In this document: positions 1 through 11,150 of the stretch, in pieces | How positions within the stretch are numbered: the first letter of the stretch is position 1 | How the letters are laid out: each line of letters opens with the position of its first letter | Assembly (NCBI RefSeq): GCF_006345805.1 | Contig: NC_042999.1 | Span: 68,758,001 to 68,822,000 of the forward strand | Length of the DNA stretch: 64,000 nt | Direction: 5' to 3' | Source of the DNA: Octopus sinensis | Lineage: Eukaryota | Program-made: the position numbers and the translations under genes | The notes under the pieces: generated by a model | Told to the model about the DNA's origin: nothing | What the model saw: the letters and a program-made list of their open reading frames with translations, nothing else | Databases searched by the model: none

Positions 1-745
1 GGTTTTTAAACCTTGGTTCGATTTACAGGAACTATGGTTCTGTTAGCGAGTAAATCCTATTCTCAAATTCAAAGAGGTTTCGTTAAGACAATTTCTCGAG
101 CTCTGCCAACATTTCGCTGATGAGGAAATATATTGGTTGAGCAGCATCCATTCTTCCGTTTCGCCTATCCAAGTTTGCTTCTTGTTGTGTCATCTACAAT
201 ACGTATTGGTCTCTACTATAACCGTTACAATTTTACTTTAAGATGAGTCAAAAATTGATCATCCATATGGATTGTCGATGTGACAAAATTAACAGCCAAA
301 TCGTCCTCAAGTTAAAAATTATGTGGTTTTAAAAACAGGAAATACAAATGTGATGAAGGGATAATGTGGTCCCAGATGCAATATCTGAATAAAAGACAGT
401 AGGGTAACGACTGGAGCACCTTTGGTTATAGGTCTGCTCAATCAGAGCTGTCTTGGGATTACATGACAACAGCAGCAACTAACTGTCCAAAAATGAGTAT
501 AAATCGTGGTTGGTATCGGCGAGATTTGAACTTACAATCAATTAGACAATGAGTCAAATACCGTAAAACATCTATGTCGGCGCTCCATACTGTTTCCGAC
601 GTCGGCTTCAATGATAATTCCAAGAAACGAAACGGGGAAACAATAATAAAATGAAGTAGGAAAAGAAAAAAAAAAGAACAGGAAAGTAGAAAAAGGAAAA
701 TAACATTCATAAAGATACGCGCATATATACAAGCACACACGTACA

Positions 746-814
<69 letters not shown>

Positions 815-1794
815 GACACATCAATAATCGAAACAATAAAAACAACAAATTGAAGAACCCTCAGAAAACCCAAAGAAACTGTACCCACATACATATAAAC
901 CAAGTTTTCATTCTTGAAAAATGACAAGAGAAAAGCTATTAATTGCCAAATAAAAGGTAGGAGTCGGTGAAGTGTAGCTAAGCAAAGCTTTCATGAAATG
1001 AGGCTAAAGTGATATTTTTGATAGGCAGCCATTTTCGATTGTTTTCTGTTCTGCTATTATTCTTATTATCCCCCCTCCCCACCGCTTTTCCTCCGCCGCC
1101 ACCATTTTCTTTTTATAAGCTTACAAGTATCTTCCTAATGAATATTCATGATTTCAATTGCAACAAATAGCAACCATTTCGGGAGGTAAAATGGCGATAA
1201 AAAAAAACTCCTTAAAAGTGAATAAATAAATAAACGAAAAGAAAAATTGGAGGAAGACGCATAAAAGATAGAATGCGAAAAGAAAGAGAAGATGAAGATG
1301 AAGATGGAGATGAAGAAAAAGAAGACGATATCACAAGAATGTACATAAAGCACCACAGCAATGGAAACAATTGAATTAATAAAATAAGGATAACAAAAAG
1401 ATTACAACAACAACAACAACAACAACCAAAGCAATGATAATAGCGCGGTGGTGATGATGATTGTGATGGTGGTGGTGGTGATGGAGAGTTCAAGATGTAG
1501 ATGCAGTAGCAGAAGGAGGAGGAGGAGAAACAGTCAGAGGGTAGTATTAACAATGGACGATGGATGACGTTAATATGAAACACAATAACGAGAACAACAA
1601 CATCGTTAATAACAAAAGCAGATACATTAACTGTACCAAGGAACGACAAAATATGATGACGATGATGATAATGATGATGATGATGATGATGATGATGAAA
1701 AGTCCTTTGACCCAAGGCACAAGGCTTGAAATTTTGAGGGGAAGAGCTATTCAATTACGTTGACCCTAGCGCGTAGCTGGTACATTTCATTTCA

Positions 1795-2215
1795 TTCTTT
1801 TATCCTTTCATCCTTTTGCTTGTTTCAGTCATTTGTCAGCGGCCATGCTAGAGCACCTCCTTAAAATGTTTTAGTCGTAGAAATTGACCCTAGGACTTAT
1901 TCTTTTTAAACCTAGTACTTAATCTATCGGTCTGTTTTCCCGAACTGCTAAGTTACAGGGACGTAAACCTACCAACATCGGTTGTCAAGCGATGGTGGAG
2001 TAGAGGGCTAACACAGACACACACACACAAGATATATATATATATATATATACGACGGGCTTCTTTCAGTTTCTGCCTACCAAATCCACTCACAAGGCTT
2101 TGGTCGGCCCGAGGCTATAGTAGAAGACAGTCGCTCAAGGTACCATGCAGTAAGACTGAGCCCAGATCCATGTGATTGTGCAGCATGCTTCTTACCACAC
2201 AGCCATGCTTGCGCC
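1795..2215 (-). mobile_element. tRNA-derived SINE, family A (octopus OR-like), near full length
   Basis: Minus strand reads ...GGCTGTGTGGTAAGAAGCATGCTG...CTTGAGCGACTGTCTTCTACTATAGCCTCGGGCCGACCAAAGCCTTGTGAGTGGATTTGGTAG..., then an internal (TA)/(TG) microsatellite and a 3' end GCATGGCCGCTGACAAATGACTGAAACAAGC. The same body recurs at least 6 times in the window. Confidence 0.85.
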
Positions 2216-4075
2216 TATTTTATCGACTCCGAAACGATGAAAGGCAAAGTTGACCCCCGGTAGAATTGGAACCCAGGACGCAAAGAGCTGGAAGACATGC
2301 CTATAAGTATTTTCTCCAATTCGCTAACGATTCTGCAAAGCTCTCCACCTTAAGATAATAATGGTAATCGTTTCTAATTTTGGTTCTAGGCCAGCAATTT
2401 TCCGAAGTGTGTAAGTCAACTGCATCAACCCTTGTGCTCTACTGGTGCATTTTTATCGACTCCGAAATTATGAACGGCAAAGGTGACCTCGGCGGAATTT
2501 GAACTAAGAACGTAAGGACGGATGAAATGCCGCTGAGTATTTTGTCCGGCGTACTTACGATTCTGTTAGTTGGCCGATAATATTCTTTTCTACTATGAGC
2601 ATGAATCTTGAAATTTTAGCGGAGGAGGCGATTACATCAACCACAAGGTTTGATTGGAAATTGCTTCATCGAACCCGAAAGGATGAAATGCAAAGTCTAC
2701 CTCGGCGGAATTTGAACACGGAACGTAAAAAGTTGGAAGAAATGCTGTTAAGCATCTTGTCCGACCTGCTAACGATTCTGCCAGCTCACCATCTAAATGG
2801 ACTATCTCATAATCCTTTCTGCTATAAGCACAAGGCCTGAAATTTTGTGCGGGGTTGGGGCAAGTCGATTTCATCGATTTCAGCACTTGACCGATACTTT
2901 GTTTTATCATAATGATAATAATTATTGTTTCTCGTAGAAACACAAAACTGCAAATTGTTTGGAGAGAAAAGACCAGCTGATTACATCGACCACAGTACCT
3001 GAATAATATATTATTTTACCAACTACATAATAATGAAAGACAAAGTTCGCCTCGGCCTGGTTTGAACTGAAAACTTAAAAGCCGGGAAAAATACCGCAAG
3101 GTGTTTTATCCAACGACCTAGTGATTCTTACTATTCGCAGCCTTGTAATTGCTTGTAATTTAGGCACAATGCCGGTATCTTTTGAAGAGAAGGGGCTATT
3201 CGAAATCGATTACATTTTCGTCAAACTTGAGTGGTATTGTATTTTATGGACTCCAAATGGTCGACAGGTAAAGAAGACTTCGCTGGGATTTTAATCCAGA
3301 AGTTTTACAACGGGAACAAATTGTACAACGCAATCGGCTAACCTGAAGATGTTAACAATTTGCCACCTTTTAACGATAATGATGGTCTTTGGCTTAGGGA
3401 CAAGGCTAACGATTTTGAGAGGAGGTCGATAGTCAATACGATCAACCTCAGTATTTGATTCTTACTTTATTTTATCAACCTGGGAGAGGTAAAATGCAAA
3501 ATTGACCACGACAAAATTTGAACCCGCAATGTAAAGATCCGGAAGAAATAACTCAGAGAATTTTTCTGACGCTCTAACGATTCGCCCAGTTCACTTACTT
3601 AATAATAATAATAATAGTCCTTTCTACAATAGACACAAGGTCTGAAATTTGAGGGGAGGGGGACTAATCGATTACATCGACCCCAGTGCGTAACTGGTAC
3701 TTATGTAATCGACCACGAAAGGATGAAAGGCGAAGTCGAACTCGGCGGAATTCGAACTTAGAACTAAGCGGCAGACTGTGATAACAATAGTAATCCTTTC
3801 TACAATAGACAGAAGGCCCGAAATTTGTGGGGAGGGACCAATTCGATTACATCGAGCCCTGTGCTCTACTAGCACTTATTTCATCGATTTTTTCTGCTGC
3901 ATTTGAACTCAGAATATTTTGTCCAGCTTGCTAACCATAAGGTCTGATAGCTTGCAGCCTTAATAATGATAATAATGATGTTTTCCAACATAAGCATAAG
4001 CCAAAGATATCGCAGGAGAGTTTAATCGATTATTTCGACCCAGTACTTGATTGGCAGAAAATGATAAACTTGGCT
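2216..4075 (-). mobile_element. Head-to-tail stack of about 10 diverged family-B tRNA-derived SINEs
   Basis: The core GAAAGGATGAAAGGCAAAGTCGACCTCGGCGGAATTTGAACT recurs in decayed form about every 180-230 bp, always in the same orientation, with TAATAAT/TAATGAT linkers between copies. Confidence 0.8.
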
Positions 4076-4534
4076 GGAAAATCTGACAGAGCAACATGAA
4101 TTACTATAGAAGAATAAGGAAGGATAAATAGTTTGAAAGCTATACCTGAGCTGAGAAGAGTTACAAATTTCGCTGAAAATTTTCGCGAATGTGTTGAGAC
4201 TGATGGAGCGTAATATATTCTTGCACTTAAACGTAAAACACCAACTCAAGTAATTAATACACAGTTGAGGAGCTTAGGACTTGATCAAGCTTTAACTCTC
4301 CTCCGTAGCCCATGTGAGTAAACATTTGTGAGGGCCTTATAGACTCCTGGCATAGATGTCCACTTGCTGATTTTATAGTTTTTATGTATTTCTGACGGCA
4401 GAGTCGGATTTGTGATTTGATGGCTAATTCTAGAAGATCAAGCGAGTAACATGTATAAGCTTTTAGCTACACGATAGTGTGTTGCCGTGTGCCTATCTTA
4501 GAAATAATAAAAAAGGTAGACGGAGGAATGTAGT

Positions 4535-4905
4535 CAGAAGAGCGCCAGGCAAAGAGTCGTATGGTATTCTATTACCAACCCCTTACATTCTGAGTTCAAA
4601 ATTCCGCCGAGGTCGATTTTTCCTTTCATCCAATTGACATCAATAAAATAAAGTACCAGTATTGCAGTTGAGGTAATCGACTAATTTTTCCCTATAGATT
4701 TCAGGCCCCTTGTGCCTATGTTAAAATCATGTCGATTGGTAGCGTCTTTAGTGGCATTTCTTCCGAAACTTCACATTCTGAGTTCAAAGCGCGCTGTGGT
4801 TAACTCTGCCTTCAATAGTTCCGGGTGTTATAAAATAAATGTACCAGTTAAATACTGGGGTCGATGGTATCGGTTTTGCTCCTCCCTTCTAAATTTTTTC
4901 TAAAT
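4535..4905 (+). mobile_element. Two consecutive family-B SINE copies
   Basis: TTCTGAGTTCAAA at about 4588 and 4777, each followed by the GTCGA/TTTGCCTTTCA-like core and AAGTACCAGT; first copy has the tail ATTTCAGGCCCCTTGTGCCTA. Confidence 0.75.
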
Positions 4906-4909
4906 TACA

Positions 4910-4946
4910 AAACTATCACCACTACCACCACTACCATCACCATCAC

Positions 4947-4979
<33 letters not shown>

Positions 4980-5310
4980 TATTATTATTATTATTATTAG
5001 CAGTAGTAGTAGTAGTAGTAGTGTAGTAGTAGTAGTAGTAGTAGTAGCAGTAGTGATGGTGGCAGTAGTAGTAGTAGTAGTAGGAGGAGGAGGAGGTGAA
5101 ATTTCAGCAGCAGCAGTAATGAGTCACGGCGTCTATGATACGAACCACAATATTAACGTCAACAACCGCAATAACAATATAACAACAATAACAACAACTA
5201 CATCAGCTACAACAACAATAAAAATAACTGCCATAAGGATGTCATGCGTACAAAAATATAATATAACCAGAACAACAAACAACAACAACAATAACAACAA
5301 CAGATGCTAA
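4910..5310. repeat. Compound trinucleotide microsatellite (CAC/CAT/TAT/TAG/AAC)
   Basis: Read directly from the sequence. Confidence 0.9.
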
Positions 5311-5736
5311 TAACTGAAACATTAAAAGAATCAAACAGTAAATGCAAAAATAAAAGAAGAAAAATAAAACAACTAGAAAGAAAATAACAAGAATAATAAT
5401 GAAGAATTATGAAAGATTCCTTCATCAAAAGAATAAAAAGAAAATGAAAGAGAAAAAGAAAGGAAAAGAAGAGAGGATTGGTGGGAGAAAGTAAGAGAGA
5501 ATGTGGAAGGAATTATAGGAGGGAATACATAAAAAATGGTAAAGAATTTAAGAAATGAAAGGCGTAAAAGAAGGAGAAAACAAAGAAAAGATAGAAAAAA
5601 TAGAGACAAAGGAAAGGTTAAAGGAAAGGAATGAAGGAGTAAAAGATGAGGGAGGAAGGAAAAGAATAAAGAACAAACGCAAGAAAGATATTTAGGAGAA
5701 AGAAATGCTTAGAAGGAACAAGAGAAAGGGAGAACG

Positions 5737-5773
<37 letters not shown>

Positions 5774-5906
5774 AAAGAGAGAGGGAAAGATATGAAGGAA
5801 AGTGAGAGACAGGGAGAGAGAAAGAGAAAGAAAAGTGAGAAGAAGAGAGAAAAGAAAGAGAAGGGGAAAAGCAAAGCAAGCTACAAAACAAAATCAAAAG
5901 TAAAAC

Positions 5907-5969
<63 letters not shown>

Positions 5970-6421
5970 CATAGGTAAAGAGGACGGAAGGGTAGAAAGA
6001 ACAGCCCAAAGAAAGAATGTAGGACAGGAAGAAAAGAAAACAGTTGGAAGGAAATAAAGAATAAAGAATAAAAAATGGTGAAAGAATTTACGAAAAATAC
6101 GATAAAAAGAAATGCCGATAATAATATGAAAAGGCTCGGAAAATGTTAATGAAGTTTGAGGGCCTTATTAATGAGCACTATTATAATGCTTGCTGTCAGT
6201 AATGATTAGTGTGGTAATGATCGCTATAATAATTATTTCTATAATAATAATGACCCCAATAATAACGATTGCTGTAATAACAGTCACTATAATAATGATT
6301 AATATGATGATCAGTATTATAATAGACATTATAATAATGGTCAATAGAATAGTGATCATTATAATAATGTAATAATGACTGATAATATAATGATATCTAT
6401 AGTAAGGGTCGAGGGTAATGA

Positions 6422-7430
6422 TCAAGGGTTGTAGCATTGAGGCCATTTACGTTCTACTACCATCCGTAGTTATTGCTCTCTTTGGATCTTTGTTAGATCG
6501 GCGATTTCGTGTAATGCCTTAGGTTTTCATTGAATCAAAATCTCTAGCCTTATCCCAACCCAATTTTCTTTTCAGAATCTTTGTCTGTCAAGCAGTGCGA
6601 GAGGGTCTAATTCTGGTGACATGTTTGAGATCGTCACCTAAGGTAATTCGGTATCAGTGTGAAATCTTTAGTTCTTTCTAGAATAGTGCTTCCAAGTGGA
6701 AGATAATTCGGATGTATCTGAACTTATGGGCACGTCCCACAAAACTGATGCTATGTCATATGTTCCTCAAGCAAAACTCATCTTCGTCTGAAGGTATACG
6801 CTCTAATTTGCGTCTTTGCGTCCTTTCACGATAAACATCTATACAGAATTGATTTTCTTTCTGTTTGGTCTAAGCACAACGAGTGTACGTTTTCTTATCT
6901 AGTCTGACGATACATTTCTCCTCCTCGTTCATGTCTGTTGTTTAGTGAGACGAACTCAAGAGGTTTGTAAGCTTGGCAAAAGAAATATTTTGTGCTGAGT
7001 TATCACTATTGCTGCTTTGCTCTTTTGCTTGTTTTTGGTGGGGATGGAAATGATCAAATGTGAGCTTCGGTGATTGACATGTCATTGCTCTAGTTGTTGC
7101 TACTGTTGTTGTTATTTTTGCTGTTGTTGTTTTGCTGTTGCTGTTGTTATAGCTTCTGACACTGCTACTATTATTTTTAATTTCTACTACGGCTTCACTT
7201 TTAACTCATTCTCCTACATTTCTCTCTTGCTGGCTGGATAAGAAAGACGAGACCATTCTGAAATTTTTAGTGCGAATAACAAAAGTCGATGGTCTGTTCC
7301 TTATGGCTCTAGTCAACCAAGAAACAGGGTAACAATTAAAATTAATGAAAACAGACTTCTAAGAAGGAAAACTAAAAGGAACGAGAACTTTCAAGACATG
7401 CTAATCTCCAGGCGAAAAAGTACAACAAAA
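6422..7430 (-). pseudogene. Possible decayed coding sequence of unknown identity
   Basis: Manual translation across a frameshift near 6770 gives ...MNEEEKCIVRLDKK...DVYRERTQRRKLERIPSDEDEFC / GTYDIASVLWDVPISSDTSELSSTWKHYSRKN*RFHTDTELP*VTISNMSPELDPLALLDRQRF*KENWVGIRLEILIQ*KPKALHEIADLTKIQREQ*LRMVVERKWPQCYNP*. A hydrophobic run LLVFLLRSLFSLILIVTLFLG lies at about 7316-7378. There are many stops and I recognised no family. Confidence 0.3.
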
Positions 7431-7434
7431 ATAA

Positions 7435-7990
7435 TTCTTTCTGCAATTTCGAGTGATGAAATCGTAGAAATTCTCCACCAAATCACTTTTGACTCTTTCC
7501 GGGGGTATGACAATGAGCCGAACCCTGTTACCATACATGACTTTCCAGCAACAACCCTCTCCAGCTAGCGATTGACCACAATCTCCATCTGTATCACATA
7601 GCCTCTGAATTCAGCCTTAGGCTCTGTTCAAAGATGTGGGGTGGCATATTGTCATCTTCATTGGAGACACACCCAAAGATCATCACAGCTTGAGAGAACT
7701 TAGTTTTCATGATTTCCATGTCACGTCTTACAGTCTTTACAGCGTTCAGAGCATTGAGCAGCAGCTATGGTGTCGACGTTTTGATGACTGATGCGAATCA
7801 TCATAATACAATTAACTCTTTACAATATTCAAATGGCTTCCAGTCCTCCATGTCAGTTACCTTTTTCTCAACTACGACATTAATCTTTATCCTCTCCAAC
7901 GTCGTTAACTTTTCATCAATATATTACGCTGTTCTTGAAAAAGGAGAGAAATAATCGTCAAATTTGGTCCGAATACACTGAATAAAAAAT
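7435..7990 (-). mobile_element. Internally deleted DD37D (maT/Bmmar1-like) transposase relic
   Basis: Manual translation with frameshifts: MKTKFSQAVMIFGCVSNEDDNMPPHIFEQSLRLNSE..VIQMEIVVNR.LERVVAGKS.VW.QGSAHCHT..KSQK..VENFYDFIT. This matches the maT catalytic region (MPPHIF, VWQQDSAPCHT, ENFYDF). An N-terminal remnant is fused directly upstream. Confidence 0.75.
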
Positions 7991-8507
7991 ATATATTTAT
8001 ATATATTTATAAAGAGATAAATTAAAAATTCATGAATAATAAATAAGGCAGTCTCTATACACGCATAGGTGTCAACTTAGCAACTTGGTCGGATTAGAAA
8101 TCCTAAGACTTTTACCTACCAGTTAACCATTGTTCTGAATGGGTGCATACAAATGTACATGTAGGCAATTTTTCTTTTTCTAGTCTTGAAGGATCCCACA
8201 ATCCCTGAGGCATACCTTTCATTGTCTGTAATATATATATTAAATTCCTTTGTGCAAGGCCACCACTGATTGATCCCATCCAATTCGTCTCACTCGCCAC
8301 CTCCTCATCATATAAGCTATTTTCTTATACCCTGTTCATTCATAAGAGGAAACAGCAAACAAAGTTCTTTTTACATCTTGGATTAATGTGAGATTGAATG
8401 ACTCCGTGAGTCGGAGTGGGACAAGACCTTCTGGTCACAGACATAGTTGAAAGGGTTGGTGTATACCACGGCATAAAACGAAACTTTTCTCAACAGAAAT
8501 TTTAAAT

Positions 8508-8542
<35 letters not shown>

Positions 8543-8616
8543 GATATATACATATATATATGTGAATATATACTTACGCATTTATACATACTTACATCTA
8601 TATGTATGTATATATA

Positions 8617-8655
<39 letters not shown>

Positions 8656-8689
8656 TATGTGTACAACAAAATATACGAAGCACGAGTAC

Positions 8690-8791
8690 ATGGAACATCA
8701 ACTTGGGCAAGTGTCTTCTACTAAAATAGCAGACTAACTAAAGCTGTTTGAGGGAATTTGCTGGGCGGAAACTGAAAAAAAGTCCATCGTC

Positions 8792-8824
<33 letters not shown>

Positions 8825-8990
8825 TTGTCCCCCACCAACACTTGACAACTGGTGTTCATCTGTTTATGTTTGGCAAAAGTGATCCATAGAATAAGTGCCA
8901 GTCTTAAAAAGAAACTCTAGAGTCGATTCATTCGATTGGCTGTGCCCCAGCATGACCGCAGTCTAATGACTGAAACAAGTAAAAGCATAC
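8690..8990 (+). mobile_element. Decayed family-A SINE
   Basis: CTTGGGCAAGTGTCTTCTACTA...GGAAACTGAAA...(GT)n...CAGCATGACCGCAGTCTAATGACTGAAACAAGTAAAAG. Confidence 0.8.
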
Positions 8991-9804
8991 AAGAATAAAG
9001 AAGCTCCACAAAAAATAACCATCTGAAGAGTGCGGTAATTTTGGCACCTCAAGAAATAAACGCAAAGTGAATTTCACGGTTTTTGTAGGCTTTTCGACGA
9101 CTTAAATAGTTCTTGCATGCTGGAATTGCTTCATTTCAACACACAGCCCTTTCCCCGCTTACCTATCTTTCCAAGTGAATTTAAGAGTTTTATGAGTTTT
9201 TAGATAGCTAAGTGGGTTTTCCACGATGTAAGTGTTTTAATTCTCAATAAACGTTCTCAGGTCATATCACTTAGCAAACAAGTACGACTCCGAAAATAAA
9301 AAAAAAAACTGAATTCGATGTACGAAAGAACTGAGGCTGTAAAGCGATAAAGTTGGTCATTTTTACTATTGTAATTAACGGTGGAAATAGATGATGATAA
9401 TAATGATGCTGATGAGGCTGATGGTGCTGATGGTGATGTTGACGACGACGATGATGACGGCAACGACGATGATGATAAGAAAGAAAAAGGAAGAAAAGAA
9501 TAATAATAACGGTAAAGGTAATGGTGAACCCCCCCATCGAACGAAGGTGCGCAAGTATGTATGTATGTGAGAATGGTGTGTGAGTGTGTATGTGAGAATT
9601 GAGGTGAGTCTAACGTGTGTGCGTGTGTGTGTGTGTGTGTTGTGAACGGGGTGAGTGAGTCTAACGCGCGTGTGTGTGTGCGTGTTGTGTGTTTGTGTAT
9701 TGTGTGGCAGCTGATATGTGGTTCTTCAGGTGGTGTATACACACGTGTATGTGTGTGTGTCTGTAATCAAATAGTGCACATGTGTATAGTGTATGTTTGT
9801 GGGT

Positions 9805-9853
9805 GAAACCCTTGTGAGCGGATTTGGTAGACGGAAACTGAAAGAAAGGCATC

Positions 9854-9911
<58 letters not shown>

Positions 9912-10350
9912 ATATATATATATATATATGGGAAAGGAAAAATTATAAGGCAGAATGCTAAATTGAAAGTAAATTTTAATAAAAATGGGTATATGAAGAA
10001 TTAAAAAAAGTAAAAATAATAAATGAGAACGGTATTCATTGCAAGGCAAATTTTCAAGATTTAGAAGGGGAAAAATTTTTTTTTTTTAAAAAGAGGAAGG
10101 GGAAAAAGAAATTTACAATGTTTTTTCAAAAAAAAAAAAAATTAAATATATATGTATGTATATATGTGCGTGTGTATGTTTGTGTTTGTTCCACTGCCAT
10201 TGCTTGACAACCGATGTCGGTGTGCTTATGCTCCGGTACCTTAGCGGTTCGGCGAGAGAAAGCTTACGAAGAATAAGTCCTGGCGGATGCGATTTCTTTG
10301 ACTAAAAATTCTTTAAGGCGGTGCTCCAACATGGTGGCAGTCAAATGACT
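9805..10350 (+). mobile_element. Family-A SINE (headless) interrupted within its (TA)n tract by a roughly 215-bp A-rich insert
   Basis: CCTTGTGAGCGGATTTGGTAGACGGAAACTGAAAG at about 9810. The body resumes at about 10170 (TTGCTTGACAACCGATG...TTAGCGGTTCGGC...GCAGTCAAATGACTG). Confidence 0.8.
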
Positions 10351-10388
10351 GTATATATATATATATAAATATATATATATTATACATA

Positions 10389-10425
<37 letters not shown>

Positions 10426-10589
10426 ATATATATAATATTATATATATATATATATATATATAGTAGCCATGAGAGAAGTAAATAGGTTCTCTTATAATCG
10501 TTAAAATTTATTCAAATCTGAAATTATATATTCAAATTAGTTACTAATTGTTATAATTTGAATACTTAACATTTAGTGGACATAAGGTG

Positions 10590-11150
10590 GGGTGCTGGCA
10601 GAAACGTTAGCATGCCGGGCGAAATGCTTAGCGGTATTTCGCCTGCCGCTACGTGCTGAGTTCAAATTCAGCCGAGGTCAACTTTGCCTTTCATCCTTTA
10701 GGAGTCGATAAATTAAGTACCAGTTACGCACTGGGGGTCGATATAATCGACTTAATCCGTTTGTCTGTCCTTGTTTGTCCTCTCTGTGTTTAGCCCCTTG
10801 TGGGTAGTAAAGAAATAGGTATTTCGCCTGCCGTTACGTTCTGAGTTCAAATTCCGCCGAGGTCGACTTTGCCTTTCATCCTTTAGGAGTCGATAAATTA
10901 AGTACCAGTTACGCACTGGGGGTCGATGTAATCGACTTAATCCGTTTGTCTGTCCTTGTTTGTCCTCTCTGTGTTTAGCCCCTTGTGGGTGACAAAGAAA
11001 CAGGTATTTTGTATGTTTACGTTCTGAGTTCAAATTCCGCCGAGGTTGACTTTTCCTTTCATCCTTTCGGAGTCGATAAATTAAGTACCAGTTGCGTACT
11101 GGCTCCATCCCCCAAAATTTCGGGCCTTGTGTCTAGAATAGAAAAAAATA
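10590..11150 (+). mobile_element. Family-B SINE trimer: head+core+tail-i, core+tail-i, core+tail-ii
   Basis: Head GCTGGCAGAAACGTTAGC (A-box-like) and GAGTTCAAATTC (B-box-like). Units of about 185 bp are joined at AAAGAAATAGGTATTTCG (10809-10826) and AAAGAAACAGGTATTTTG (10994-11011). The final tail is CCCCAAAATTTCGGGCCTTGTGTCTAGAATAGAAA. Confidence 0.9.

Noticed and set aside
116-140. CTGATGAG hammerhead-like core (also CTGATGAA at about 62858 and GTGAGGATG at about 40626)
   Set aside because: No proper stem II followed by GAAAC and a cleavage triplet could be formed.
4130-4320. Possible exon ending at a strong donor (CCCAT|GTGAGT, about 4313)
   Set aside because: There is no polypyrimidine acceptor, an in-frame stop lies upstream, and no partner exons were found. 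It may be a decayed transposase C-terminus.
8112-8300. 62-aa ORF MASETNWMGSISGG...
   Set aside because: Short, with no recognisable motif or splice support.
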